Of a stretch of 64,000 nt of DNA, positions 28,340 through 43,300 are shown in pieces. Made by a program: the position numbers and the translations under genes. The DNA is taken from contig OZ024756.1 of assembly GCA_964016885.1 (NCBI GenBank), positions 16,616,001-16,680,000 on the forward strand. The letters run 5' to 3'. The stretch comes from Eledone cirrhosa. Its lineage: Eukaryota. The notes beneath the pieces are model-generated. The model saw only the letters and a program-made list of their open reading frames with translations. It was not told the origin of the DNA and ran no database searches. Every line of letters starts with the position of its first letter. Within the stretch, counting starts at the first letter, position 1.

Positions 28340-28550
28340 GCAATTTAAGAATTAAAGAGATCATTTTCATCAGCTAAATAAAACCAAGGATAAATAACAG
28401 GTCAGAAAGCACAAAGCAGAATGGTTACTATAGCAACCATGTGTACGTTTTTTACAAACATAGACCAGTTAAAGATAACTTTGATTGCTCATTTTGTTTT
28501 GTTTTGAACCGTTTCAGTTTTGCATCTGAAAAGCCCCGAAATATAATGCT
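28340..28550 (+). mobile_element. Decayed Penelope-like element 3' end (GIY-YIG C-terminus plus degenerate hammerhead)
   Basis: NLRIKEIIFIS*IKPRINNRSE resembles the PLE endonuclease tail; GCAT-CTGAAAA..GAAATATA-ATGC at 28522-28549. Confidence 0.45.
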
Positions 28551-31500
28551 AAAATATACTGGTTAAAACATTACTTTGTTTTATTTGTCATCATTTGCCC
28601 TTTATATATATTCTATGGCTTTGTAGTGGCTTTTTGAAAATTATTGGTCTTTTAAAACATTTTTATATTGTAGAATCAGAATGAGTATCAAAAGGGTTAA
28701 ACTGTATTGTATGGTCCCGTAAACTCCCGATAGAGTTGTAGGGGCACCGTATTGACATACAGCATTTTGGGGGGCATTTTAAGATTGGTGCAACCCATCC
28801 CTCTCCAGGCCTGAGTAGAGCAGATTTCTTCCAGAGAAAAATAGAAAGTCAGAGAGAGGAAATGAGAAGAAGATATAGAGGAAGAATCAACCCCAGTACT
28901 AGACTGGTACTTTTTTTATCAACCTCAAAAGGATGAAAGGCAAAGTTGACCTCGGTGGGATTTAAACAGAGAGCAGTGAGCCAGAACAAATAGCATGAAT
29001 CTATCTGTGTGTATAGACATGTAAATGTAGTAAAAGTCAGACAAACCCCATTGGACAAATTAAATTTTTTTCTTTTAATATCAATTCAAATAAAAATACA
29101 TTGTTTTTTTTCTGTTTTGGTTTTCATGGTTATAAATATTAAAAATTTACACCAGAAATTTAATTTATTTTTGTTTTATTTTATTTTACAAAAACATAAA
29201 TGATCACTACACCCCTGTGTTACACAAGTGTGTAGAGTAGTGTAGGTAATAAACAGGATTATATGGACAAAGGTTTCGTGCAACCAAGCTTGTTCTTTGG
29301 CAGGTTGTACTTCTCAATGGGTTGAAAGGAAGGTTCATGGTTACATACATAATAATACACACACACATATATATATATATGTTATGGAATACTGTTAGCT
29401 TCTCGCTACAACAATTTCTATACTTTTCATTTATATATATATATATATATATAGGGTAAACATCCCCTTTGGTCACAAATGACCAAGGGATTTGCACCTA
29501 GAAAGTTCTCTGAGACACAAATCTGGGCAAGGTGTTTGTGGAAGACCAGTGTCCCCTCTCCACATCACCAATGTTGTCCAAGGAAAAGGCGGTGGCTGAT
29601 ACAGCTTGGCACCAGTGACGTAACTCATTTCTACAGCTGAGTGAACTGGAGCAAGATGAAATAAAGTGTCTTGCTCAAGAGCATAACACAAAGCCTGGTC
29701 AGAGAATCAAACTCACTAAGCTATGCGCCTTCATATATATATATATATATAAATAAAATCACCAACTAGTACAAAAATATATGTAACTAAATGAAATACC
29801 ATATCCAATCCAATCCACTTGAAAATATTTTCAGAAATTGATGGAAAGTAAATTTAGAAAATACATTGATCTTAATGCCAATAATAATTTATTGATTTTT
29901 TTTTTTTTTTTATAGATACTTTTTTGTTTGTTTGTCTGAATGACATGAACTCAGGGAAAAAAAAATAAATGTATTCATTCATTTTAATATTTTCCTTAAA
30001 ATAATAAAAAAACAAAAACAAAAAACAAAAACAGAATTATGAAACAACAGGAAGGCACCAAGATTTTTTTGTGGGATGGGGGAGCAAATGAGTTGAAAAT
30101 GTAAGGATTTGGAGAGTTGTAGGGATTGTAAATTCCTTTGAGTAAGGGGTGTATTTTTCTACATGGGTTCATTTTTTAGAGTTTTTTTTATTTTTATTTA
30201 CCACAAATTTTTTTTGTGAGTTTTTGGTTTTTAATACAGCTTTAGGCGTGTGTATATATAATTTGTGTGTATATATATAAAAGTGTTAGATGAATTAACT
30301 CTTAATATTCTGCAATCATTTAGCAGAAAATATCTAAGAGGGTTTGTTAATTCAAATGTTTATAGTATCTAAATTAGAGGACTGATTGTTGTGAAAATTT
30401 GCAGTATTAGTGTAAAAAATTGGATGTTTTAAACTTTAGCATGCTGAATTTTTTAATGAATTACTTCCCTTGACACTGTATTATATATTAAGGGGAGATT
30501 ACTCTATTGTCGCTGATAGCGTGCTAAAGATTAATATGTTACGTCATCCTTTTCTATTTTTCAATATCTTGCAAACGCAACTTCATGTGAAACAGGGTGT
30601 TAGGTGTTAATTGCACTCTTTGTTAATTAATTTGCCCTTATGACTCAGTAAAAGCAAAACTGTAAAAATTATTAGAACATTACTGTAATTGTTTAATGAA
30701 GTTTTATCAGGTTTGACTTGTAATAATAACAATGGTGTCAAAACTAGGTACAAGGCCAGCAATATGAAGAAGGGGAATGTCGATTATAGTGACACCAGTT
30801 ATTTTTTACTGGTACTTAATTTTATTGACTCCAGGAAGGATGGAAGGCAAATTTGACCTTGGCTGGATTTGAACACAGAATGTAAAGAGACAAAACACCA
30901 CAAGGCATTCCGCCAAATAATAAGAATGTAAATAAGATATATGATGGTGGTAGTAATGATGATGTTGGTGGTAGTAATGATAATGATGGCACTGCTGGTG
31001 GTGATGGCAGTAATGATGGTGGTGGTGGTGGTGGTAACAGTAATGATGGTGCTGATTATGATTATGATGATGTCATTTTGGCAATGTCTGAAATAATTAC
31101 AGGCTTTATATTAAAGTATTTTGAAAATTTTCTCTTTTTCTTTTTGCATTGAAAAACTGATTTTCGGGCACCAGAGACCATCTCCTTCCCGTCCTCATCA
31201 TCTACTTAGCTACCATGGACGTAGGTATATCTGAGCAGTCAAGAAGCTTGATTCACAACCTCGAGGTCAGTTTCAATCCGGTGGGTCATTTTGAACCCTT
31301 TAACATTTACATTATTTTATTTTCATGGTAAAGGCTTTATCCCACATAATATGGAATCTATGAGATTTTGATGATATTATTTATTTTCAGAACAATACCT
31401 TAACATAAGTTTGAGTGGCCGGTTAAAGCAGGTTTGAACAGAATGAGGTGAGAGAATTCTGCCTGGATACGGCCGGTTTAAATGCTAAAGAGTTAATGTC

Positions 31501-32089
31501 AATATGAGTGGCCAATTACGGCTGGTTTGAACAGAAAGAGGTGAGAGAATTCTGGCCGGATACGACTGGTTTAAATGCTAAAGGGTTCAGCAAGTGTCTT
31601 AACCATAGCTTCAGGTTGACTCAAGCGTTGTGAGTGAAATTGTGTACATGTAGACTATATGGAAGCCCGTCAGATGGACTGTCAGTTTAATTCAAAAGTT
31701 CAGCAGCCTTACCACATGTTGTGTCATGCTGATTTGGCTTGGGAATTACTTACATTAGGGTACACGTGTTTGTGGAATACTCAGCCACATACACTGTAAT
31801 ATAAGATGGACTGTAGCTGTAAATCAAAAGTCCAACGCACATTGTGTCATGCTGAATCTCTGAGAATTGCAATTTAGGTACGTGTCTGTGGAATACTCAG
31901 CCATTTACACTGTAATACAAGATAGACTGCAGCTGTAATTCAAAGGTCCAGTCTCGTCACAGATGCTGAATCTCCCTGAGAATCCTTCACTTAGCTACAC
32001 TTTGAAGAACAATAATGGTGGAGAAGGGAGGATGCTACAAGAACATATAGCAGATATAAGATGAGAATGGACAGTTAATATGGAATGGT

Positions 32090-32462
32090 AAGGGTGGTAG
32101 TGATGGTGATGGTGCAGCTGTTTAGTCGTGATGGTATTGGTAGTAGTGGTGGTGGTGGTTGTTGTAGTAGTAGTAGTGGTGGTGGTTGTAGTAGTGGTGG
32201 TGGTGGTGGTGGTTGTAGTAGTGGTGGTGGTGGTGGTGGTATTAATAGCAGACATACTGCTAACAGAGGTGGTGGTGGTGTTGGTGTTGTAGTAGTAGTG
32301 GTGGTGGTGGTGGTGGTGGTGGTTGTAGTAGTGGTGGTGGTGGTGGTGTTGGTGTTGTAGTAGTAGTGGTGGTGGTGGTGGTGGTGGTGGTGGTGGTGGT
32401 TGTAGTAGTGGTGGTGGTGGTATTAATAGCAGACATACTGCTAACAGAGGTGGTGGTGGTGA
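32090..32462. repeat. (GGT/GTA)n microsatellite with an internal duplication, in the 3' UTR region of paralog B
   Basis: GGT runs; ATTAATAGCAGACATACTGCTAACAGAGG occurs twice. Confidence 0.9.
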
Positions 32463-32518
32463 CGATATGGTTTAAGAGGTCAGATGAAAGAAAAAGAGAC
32501 AAAATAATGCATGAGGTA

Positions 32519-32670
32519 TCAATAGAAGGGTGTGGTCGATGACGTGGCAGTGGCATGTGGGGGGAGCAGAGGCACATCAAAGAAATCACAGACGCCTTCA
32601 CTGTCATCCAAATGGAACTGATAGTCTCTTTCACTGGGCGGAGGACTGAGGCGCAACAGAGGTTCCAAAC
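32519..32670 (-). CDS. E2F4: E2F4/5 paralog B last exon ([50 protein letters not shown])
   Basis: TTTTCAG acceptor; Rb/p107/p130-binding transactivation motif; TGA stop. Confidence 0.93.
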
Positions 32671-35600
32671 CTGAAAAATAATTAGAAAAATGTGACAAAA
32701 AATTTATTTCAAACATGGCTTGCTTTAACCCTTTAACATTTAAACTGGGCGTATCAGGCCTGAATTCTCTCACCTCTTTCTGTTCAAACCGGCTGCTCAT
32801 ACTGATGTTAAGGTTTTGTTCTCAAAATAAATAATATAAAAATCTCATAGATTCGATATTATCTGAGATAATTTTATAAGGTAAAGACTTTACCATGAAA
32901 ATATAATAGTAAATATAGAGTAATGTAAATGATAAAGGGTTAACCCTTTCATTACCCTATTTCTGATAATAGACATTGCTAAATGAGGACGGTATGTTGA
33001 ACCCCAGCAACACAAAAAACAAGAGCTGTTAAAAGGACAAATGAACTCCTCAGAGTCAACAGCCAAAATTGAAAAGATATAAAATTGAAGCCTTTAGCAT
33101 TTAAACTGGCCATATCCGACCAGAATTCTCTCACCTCTTTCTGTTCAAACTGGCTGTAACTGGCCACTCATACTGATGTTAAAGTATTGTTCTCAAAATA
33201 AATAATATCAAATCTCATAGATTCAATATTATGTGAGATAAAGCCTTTACTGCGAAAATACAATAGTATATATAGAGTAATGTAAATGCTAAAGAGTTAA
33301 CACTTTCATGAGTATATTTTTAATGAAATACACTATTTCAATTAGTTAATGAAGAATTTTGAGGGATTTACTAAAATTATCAATTATTTCATTACTAACA
33401 TAGTAACGTAATGTAATGTTCTTATGTAAGATTATGTTGGGAGGTTTTAATTTATATTGGAAACCTTTAAAATGGGTGGTTATATTTCATAAAATCAGAG
33501 CAATTTTTGGCCAGAGTGGCAACAAAAGGGTTAATCTGATGCAAAATTAGTATTGTTTGTACTTATCAAGAATGTCTTATTAATGCAGTTTCATGTAGTA
33601 AAAGACTTACGATACCAAATCACCCAAAGACACCTTAGGTTCTACAATACCATGCTGCTGGTTTTAAACTTTTGTTATGTTCCAAACACCAGATTAATAC
33701 TGAAAAGTTAGTCATATAACTACATCCTTCCAAATTTTTGGTTATTTTTAAATGAGTTAAAAACCATAGGCATTGTCTTCAGTGCCATTCATTGGAAATA
33801 TGGTAATGGAAGGGTTGAAGTTTTATAATTATCTAAAAACCTTTCATCCTTATTTTATGTAAGAACCTTTGTAAAGTTATGTTCCATTAGAAATATGGCA
33901 ATGGAGGCGTTTTAGTGTTTATATTTATCTAAAAAGACTTTTATTATTAATTTATGTAAGAACCTTTGTTAAGTTATGTTCCAAATACCAGATTAATAAT
34001 GGTTTCTGATTTAGACACATGGGCAACAATTTGGGGAGAGGGAAAGTCAATTAAATCAACCCCAGTGCATTACTGCTACTTTATTTTATAACCCCGTAAG
34101 GATGAAAGGCAAAGTTTAACCTTTGTGGGATTTGAATTTAGAGAGCAGGGAGCTGAAAGAATTACTACAAAGCATTCTACCTAATGTTCTAACAATTCTG
34201 CCAATGTGTTGGCAACAAGGAATATACAAGAAGATAATTAATTAAAAGATAATTAATTAAAACGAACCTTCGGCTGAAATGAATCCAAAATCATCAATCA
34301 ATTCTTTACCAGCTGGAAATAATAGAAATTGATATAAATTTAGATGGTGATGGTGGTGATGTGTAGTGGTGGTGGTGTGGTGTAGTGATGGTGAGTCGAA
34401 CACTTAACCGCTAGGCCACTGTGATATGTAGTAGAAGTCAGAATGAGACTAATTCTTTCTAAAAGAAGTTTTCTGGACTGGAGCAGTGTGAAGTATCTTG
34501 CCTAAGACAACGTGCTGCCTGGTCAGGAAACAACTTACAATATAGAAATTATGACTCACCCTGTAAAGTGGTCATGCTGGTGACACAACAAAAAGCGTCC
34601 AGTCCAACCTGAAAAGTGGTCATGTTGGTGACATGACAAAAAGCCCCTAGTCCACCTTGTAAGGTGGTTAGAAGGGTATCAAGCTGTAGAAACCAAGTCA
34701 AAATACAGATCCCTATGAGCAAGATGTGGGTCATCTGACCTGAATTGTCTCATAATACGACCTGCCTAACCAATGCAAGTGTGGTAAATGTACATTAACC
34801 CTTTAGCATTTAAACCAGCTGCATCCAGCCAGAATTCTCTCACCTCTTTCTGTTCAAACCAACTATAGCTGGCCACTCATACTTATGTTAAGGTATTGTT
34901 CTAAAATAAATAACATCATCAAAATGTCATAGATTTGACATTATGTGAGGTAAAGCCTTTACCCCAAAAATACAATAATAAATATAGAGTAATGTAAATG
35001 CTAAAGGGTTAAAATATGATCCTAAGAACCCCCCCCCCCCCTCCACACACACACACACACATGCCAACCACAAAACTACTCTGATATATAGAATAAAATG
35101 TAGTACAGGTTCACAATCTTTTATCTGAAAACTGAACATTTTTTCCAGGATGTCGTCTGCATGCCAACGCTTGCATTTGGCACCAAACTTGACCTGAAAT
35201 GACCCACAGTCAACCCAGGTCATGCAGTTGTGTCTCAATGCTGCTACCAGCCAGACAAAAATCGCCTCTGCTGCTCACGGAAATTTTGTTTATTTAAAAA
35301 AAATTTTTTTTTGCTTTAAAATCTACACTAAAAATCTTCCTTTCTGAAATCCAAAAAGTGTCTGGTCCCATGGTTTTCAGATAAGAGATTGAGAAGCTGC
35401 ACTTACTAAAAGAAGTTTTTTTGTATGATAATGCTGATGATGATAATTATCATGATCCTATCAACCTTTAGACCAGGCATGTCAAACTCGCGGCCTTTTA
35501 CAAGCACATTTGCGGCGCGCACAAAGGTTTTTAAAGCGCGAGCATGTTTTATCTTTGTAATATAAAATAATTGTGTCTACTTTTGGCACAAGGCCAGCAA

Positions 35601-38600
35601 TTACCCAGTACATTACTGGTACTTTATTTTATCGACCCCCGTAAGGATGAAAGGCAAAGTTAACCTCGGCGGGATTTGAACTCGGACTATAAAGGGCCGT
35701 AACTCTTTGCTGCAAAGCATGGCATCCGACCCTCTACCGATACTGCCAATCCACCACTCTTTGTAATATAAAATAATAAAAATTAGTTGTAATGTGTGCA
35801 ATTAATTGTAATGTATGTAATTAGTTGTCGTGTGTGGCCCTCAGACAACACATATGTGACCCATGTGGCCCTAGGGGACCCTCAGTTTGACATGCCTGCT
35901 CTAGACAACTCTGATATATAAAAAGTAACTGTAGTACTTACTATAAGAAGGTTTTGTGCTGTTAAAAAGAAGATCATTTGTGAGGTTATCGGTAAGATTG
36001 GTATTGGTCAGTTGACTGTTAGTATGAGCTGTAACAGAAATTAAACCATAGTTTTGTAATGAGTTAATTATTTAACAGATCATCATAAAACTTACAGACT
36101 CGTTCTCTCTGTTTATCTAGCAATCCTGCGACTGGTAGATAATGGTTTCTACTTTAGGCACAAAACCAACCATTTGGGGAGGAAGGGAAAGTCGATTAAA
36201 TCGACCCCCCAGTGCATTACTGGTACTTTATCCAGTGCATTACTGGTACTTTATTTTATCGACCCTGTAAGGATGAAAGGCAAAGCTAACCCCAGCGGGA
36301 TTTGAGTTCAGAATGTAAAGGGCCATATCTCTGTGCTGTAAAGCATGTTGTCCGACACTGTACCAATTTCTATTCGAAAGAATAATGGAAACATTGTTTC
36401 CATGGTCCAAATTGACAAGATCCACACCACTCAGTAAGTGAATGAGGTCTGGGATCTTGTCGGTTGACTTCCTCTCCTCCTCCTCTTTTTGTCTACCTCT
36501 TCTCTCTGTCAAGAGAGAAGAGGTAGGGGAGAAAGGAGAGGCAGAGGAGGAGGAAGAGAGGGAGGAGAAACAAGAGAGAGCGAGAGTGAGAGAGAGAGAC
36601 AAGAGAGAGCGAGAGAGAGACAAGAGAGAGCGAGAGAGAGACAAGAGAAGGAAAGAGAGAAAGAAAATGGAACAAAAAAGAAGAGTTGAAAAGAAAACAT
36701 ACGTAATATATTCGTATATGGCTGAGATAGTTTGCGTGGTGATGACCGTGTTGTCATTCGATTTAAAGGTGAAAGTGGAGTTTTCAGTGGAGATTTCTGG
36801 AAAATACATAAGGAGAAAGGTGAGAACAACACCAACAGGTGTTTTCACCCTTTTTTTACTGCATTTCTAATAAAATACACTACTTTAACCTTTTAGTGTT
36901 CAAACCGGCCAGAATTCTCTACCTCTCTGTTGAAACTGGCTGTAACTGGTCGCTCAAACTGATGTTAAGGTATTGTTCTCAAAATAAATACTTTCAAAAT
37001 CTCATAGATTCGATATTATGTGAGATAATTATGCGAGGTAAAGCCTTTACCATGAAAATACAATAGTATATATAGAGTAATGTGAATGTTATGTGAGATA
37101 TTATGTGAGGTTAAGCCTTTACCATGAAAATACAATAGTATATATAGAGTAATGTGAATGTTATGTGAGATATTATGTGAGGTTAAGCCTTTACCATGAA
37201 AATACAATAGTATATATAGAGTAATGTAAATGTTATGTGAGGTAAAGCCTTTACCGTGAAAATACAATAGTATATATAGAGTAATGTAAATGTTATGCGA
37301 GGTAAAGCCTTTACCATGAAAATACAATAGTATATATAGAGTAATGTAAATGTTATGCGAGGTAAAGCCTTTACCATGAAAATACAATAGTATATATAGA
37401 GTAATGTAAATGTTATGCGAGGTAAAGCCTTTACCATGAAAATACAATAGTATATATAGAGTAATGTAAATGTTATGCGAGGTAAAGCCTTTACCATGAA
37501 AATACAATAGTATATATAGAGTAATGTAAATGTTATGCGAGGTAAAGCCTTTACCATGAAAATACAATAGTATATATAGAGTAATGTAAATGTTATGCGA
37601 GGTAAAGCCTTTACCATGAAAATACAATAGTATATATAGAGTAATGTAAATGTTATGCGAGGTAAAGCCTTTACCATGAAAATACAATAGTATATATAGA
37701 GTAATGTGAATGTTATGTGAGGTAAAGCCTTTACCATGAAAATACAATAGTATATATAGAGTAATGTGAATGTTATGTGAGATATTATGTGAGGTTAAGC
37801 CTTTACCATGAAAATACAATAGTATATATAGAGTAATGTGAATGTTATGTGAGATATTATGTGAGGTTAAGCCTTTACCATGAAAATACAATAGTATATA
37901 TAGAGTAATGTGAATGTTATGCGAGATATTATGTGAGGCAAAGCCTTTACCATGAAAATACAATAGTATATATAGAGTAATGTAAATGTTATGTGAGGTA
38001 AAGCCTTTACCATGAAAATACAGTAGTATATATAGAGTAATGTAAATGTTATGCGAGGTAAAGCCTTTACCATGAAAATACAATAGTATATATAGAGTAA
38101 TGTAAATGTTATGCGAGGTAAAGCCTTTACCATGAAAATACAATAGTATATATAGAGTAATGTAAATGTTATGCGAGGTAAAGCCTTTACCATGAAAATA
38201 CAATAGTATATATAGAGTAATGTAAATGTTATGCAAGGTAAAGCCTTTACCATGAAAATACAATAGTATATATAGAGTAATGTAAATGTTATGTGAGGTA
38301 AAGCCTTTACCATGAAAATACAATAGTATATATAGAGTAATGTAAATGTTATGCGAGGTAAAGCCTTTACCATGAAAATACAGTAGTATATATAGAGTAA
38401 TGTAAATGTTATGCGAGGTAAAGCCTTTACCATGAAAATACAATAGTATATATAGAGTAATGTAAATGTTATGCGAGGTAAAGCCTTTACCATGAAAATA
38501 CAATAGTATATATAGAGTAATGTAAATGTTATGCGAGGTAAAGCCTTTACCATGAAAATACAATAGTATATATAGAGTAATGTAAATGTTATGCGAGGTA

Positions 38601-40307
38601 AAGCCTTTACCATGAAAATACAATAGTATATATAGAGTAATGTAAATGTTATGTGAGGTAAAGCCTTTACCATGAAAATACAATAGTATATATAGAGTAA
38701 TGTAAATGTTATGCGAGGTAAAGCCTTTACCATGAAAATACAATAGTATATATAGAGTAATGTAAATGTTATGCGAGGTAAAGCCTTTACCATGAAAATA
38801 CAATAGTATATATAGAGTAATGTAAATGTTATGCGAGGTAAAGCCTTTACCATGAAAATACAATAGTATATATAGAGTAATGTAAATGTTATGCGAGGTA
38901 AAGCCTTTACCATGAAAATACAATAGTATATATAGAGTAATGTAAATGTTATGCGAGGTAAAGCCTTTACCATGAAAATACAATAGTATATATAGAGTAA
39001 TGTAAATGTTATGCGAGGTAAAGCCTTTACCATGAAAATACAATAGTATATATAGAGTAATGTAAATGTTATGTGAGGTAAAGCCTTTACCATGAAAATA
39101 CAATAGTATATATAGAGTAATGTGAAAGCTAAAGGGTTAAAAAAAAAACTATACATAAATTTCAGGGACTTCCGTCTGTCACGTAATTTGTGTGTGTGAA
39201 CGTAGTGTGTGTAAAAGGAAGGAAGGAAGGGATGGTGAAAACCCATAGCAAAACAGTGGCTGGCGTTCTATTTGCTACACTGTGTATGAGTACGTGTGTG
39301 TAAATGTATGTCTGTGAGTGTGTATTTTTGTAAGAGTGTCTGTGTTTGCGCGTTTATATTTATATACTCATACATATAAATGTATAAGTATGCACATACA
39401 CACATATGCGTCAGAGTGTTGAAAAATTCCTAGTCATTAAAAATTTGGAGGAATTTAATAAGATAATACCTAGAGATGAAAAGGGCATCCATCCATAGAA
39501 AGCTTGGCAAACAAAGAGTTTGAAGGAGCCTTCAGTTGTGTCGAAGACATGACAACCTCTCCAGTGCACTGGGTGAAATGAGACTGTATGTAAGTGAGAT
39601 GCAGATCCCTGGCCTGTCTGGGTGGTCAGTAGCCACGCTTCAGTACTGACTTGGTCTATATAGACATGTCCAACCCTTACTAGCAGGGAAAGCAGACATT
39701 AAACCGATGATGATGATAATGAATTCATCTTTTCATTAAGTTGATGTTTGAACATTACTCAACAAAATTTCTTTAAATATTTTGAGAGAAGGTTTTAATT
39801 TTAACCCTTTAGCATTTAAAATGGCCATATCCAGCCAGAATTCTTTTACCTCTTTCTGTTCAAACCGACTAACTGGCCACTCATACTTATTTTAACCCTT
39901 TAGTATTTAAACCAGCCATATCCAGTCCTAAATCTCTCACCTCTTTCTATTCAAACAGTGCTGGGTGCTTTTTTGCCGTGGCACATCCACGATCACTTTA
40001 CAATGGAATGATAGGTACCCCAGTCCCTATCATCTCATTTCTACAGCTGAGTAAACTGGAGCAATGTGAAATAAAGTGTCTTGCTCAAGGAAACAACACA
40101 TCACCCGGTCTGAGAATTGAACTCACAACCTTTCGATTGCAAGGCCAATGCTCTAACCACTAAGCCATGTGCCTCCATATATATATAATATACACATAAA
40201 AAATGTGGGTAATATTAAATATTATCCAATTACAAGTATGTAATTGTGGTTGGATGAAATGATTGTTATTAAATGTTCTTAAACATTCTTTGATTGTTAT
40301 TTATAAA

Positions 40308-40363
<56 letters not shown>

Positions 40364-43300
40364 AGGGAGTGTAACTTGGAGTTACTGCTTTCCCTGATAG
40401 CAAGGGTTGGACATGTCTATATATATATATTGACAGTCGATCGACTTTTGTCAAATTAGACTGAGGAAACAATGTTTCCATTGGTCTTTTCAATTGCTAA
40501 ATCTATCAGTCGCAAATCCAGGTAGAAGGAGCAACATGAAATAAAGTGTCTTGCTCAAGGGCATAACGCATCACCCACCCAGTCCAGGAATCAAACTCAC
40601 AACCTCACGATTGCAAATCCAATTCTCTAACCACTTAACCGTGTGCCTTCTCTTTCTCTCTCTCTATACACACACACACATGGTGCTTTAAAGGAATCCA
40701 GCTATAGAAACCATGCCAAAACCTGAATGCTTATGAGATGCCACTACCCTAATCTAGGACACTACTTCCAATTAAGTACTGAGATACACAGCATCCCTGT
40801 GCATCGTAAACAGCAAATAAAAGGGAGTCAGGAAGGGCATTCAACTGTAAAATATTGCCTCAAAATGTCTCCGTCAACCCATGCTAATATGGGAAAGTCG
40901 ACAAAAAACAGTGGTGATGGTGGTGGTGGTGGTGGTGGTGGTGTTGGTGATGGTGGTGGTGGTGTTGGTGGTGGTGATGGTGTTGGTGATGGTGTTGGTG
41001 ATGGTGTTGGTGTTGGTGATGGTGATGGTGTTGGTGTTGGTGTCGGTGATGGTGTCGGTGATGGTGTCGGTGATGGTGTTGGTGTCGGTGGTGTTGATGA
41101 TGGTGGTGGTGTCGGTGGTGTTGATGATGGTGGTGGTGTTGGTGTTGGTGGTGGTGGTGGTGTTGGTGTTGGTGGTGGTGTTGGTGTTGGTGTTGGTGGT
41201 GGTGGTGGTGATGGTGTTGGTGGTGGTGTTGGTGGTGGTGGTGGTGTTGGTGGTGGTGGTGGTGTTGGTGGTGGTGGTGGTGTTGGTGGTGGTGGTGGTG
41301 TTGGTGGTGGTGGTGTTGATGATGGTGATTATAATGATGGTGACAGAGCGAGACAGTCACCCAACCAATCGTGCCTCAAGTGGGACAATCCCCGTCTAAC
41401 CCATGCTAGCGTGGAAGATAGATCTTAAACGATGATGATGATATACTTTTCTCTGCTGTTTGTGTGGAGTCTTTAAAGGAGACTTGGCTTCGTTGACTGC
41501 AGCAATTGGGGTCTGATTCTGTGACATCTCCATTTTTTTTACATCCTCGTGGAACGGTGGAACCTGGACAACTTCTGCAAACGGCGAGTCGGTGTCTTTG
41601 TTCACTAACATTACATTGATGGGACCAGAATTACTCTTCAAGTGGATCTGGTACTTCCTTAAGATTCCTGGACCCTGAAAAACAACAACAGCAACAACAC
41701 CAATATAAAGAAACTTAAAGACAAAAAAACAACAGCAAGCATTTTAACCCTTTCCTTACCCTATTTTTAATGAAATATATATTTTGTATTTTATTTAGTT
41801 AATTAAGAATTTGGGAAGGATTTACTAAAATGGTAATTTCATTAAGAAGGCATGTATCTTTTTTTTTCTTCTTCACCCACATATCCCTTGTGAGCGGGGG
41901 GTTGGGGGGGGGGGGGGGGGGGGGTTGACAAAGGCTTCAAATAATCTTTTAATATTTCCATTTTCAAAGGATTTAGTAACTTTCATTATTTATCTGATAT
42001 TCAGAGAATAGTGGAACAAATGTCCTTATATAAAAAAAAAAGTGATGTAATGTTTCTAGATAAATAAAATCATTTGAAAATAAAATCAGGGCAGGTATAG
42101 GGAGTTTGGTATCAAAAGGGTTAATGATACATTGTATCTGTAGAATACCCAGCCATTACATGTAGGTACCTCAGTTGGTTAACAACTTGATATTCATCGT
42201 TGAAACCAACAGTGAACCATTTGTTTTATATTCCCTTGTCTTTAGCCACTTATATCTGGCAGAGTCCTCAAACACTCCTTCCAGCAGGTCCTGTCAGCAG
42301 TAACCATCTCCAATTGATCAGGCTGGACCACCAAACAAGACCAGCCAAGCTCATGGTCTACCCCTGGGTCTCTTGTCAGTTGGTTGGTTTGTTTTGCCCA
42401 TAAAATCTGTCCAGCGATTCTTTCCTGAGATATTCTAATTCTAACCACATGCCCATATCATAGCTGTGTTGTTAATTAAAAAAAGTAGCATCTCTACCTG
42501 GAGTGACTCCCTGATCTCCGAGCCAAGCACTATTGAGTAATGTTACTCCAAAGACCCTTTAGTGGAACCCCATTTCAACCACTTGTATTCTAACCACATA
42601 TCGGAGCTGTAATCTCTCAGTTCAGAGAAATAGCAGCTCTACATGGAGTGACTATCTGATCTCCAAGCTACACACTAAGTAATGTTATTCCAAAAACCTT
42701 TTGGAGGAACCCCATGTGTAAACTAACAAAATATGTGTTCTCATTTATTCATTGATATTGAGACATTGACACAACTTAGAGATTTTGTGCTACTTACTAT
42801 TTCAGGTAATGGAACACCAAGTTGTGTCCCTGATGGTGCCTGTACCGATAGTAAAATACTGCCAGGAAATACACTGCAAACATCTTCGTAACTCACATAG
42901 GCCATCTTCATACCTACAAAAGAACATTGAAGAATTTACTTTATCAAAGTAGCATTTAAACCGGCCATATCCAGCCAGAATTCTCTCACCTCTTTCTGTT
43001 CAAACCGGCTGCTACTTATGTTAAAGTATTGTTTTAAATAAATAATATCAAAATCTCATAGATTCGATATCATGAAAATGCAACAGTATAAATAGAGTAA
43101 TGTAAATGCTAAAGGGTTAACCCTTTTGTGGCAGTATTTATAACGAAGTACTCTGTATTCTAATTAATTGATTGATGAAGAATTTTGAACAATTTACCTA
43201 CACAAACAACAGCATCAACACACACCAATACCACCAACACCATCAACACCTACATGAACACCATCATCTATACAAACACCAATACCAACAACATCGCCAC

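Noticed and set aside
36096-36505. Candidate extra exons of paralog B ([12 protein letters not shown]..., and [11 protein letters not shown] with a GTAAGT donor)
   Set aside because: Much of the region matches a dispersed repeat also at 40440-40520 and is split by a SINE; exon 6 joins exon 7 in frame without it. Cannot be fully excluded without RNA-seq.
37016-39246. 695, 184 and 459 aa repetitive ORFs on minus
   Set aside because: Translation of the 60-bp MITE-derived satellite
40727-41428. Gly/Val- and His-rich ORFs
   Set aside because: GGT microsatellite translations; the same applies to 20400-20996 and 31995-32634
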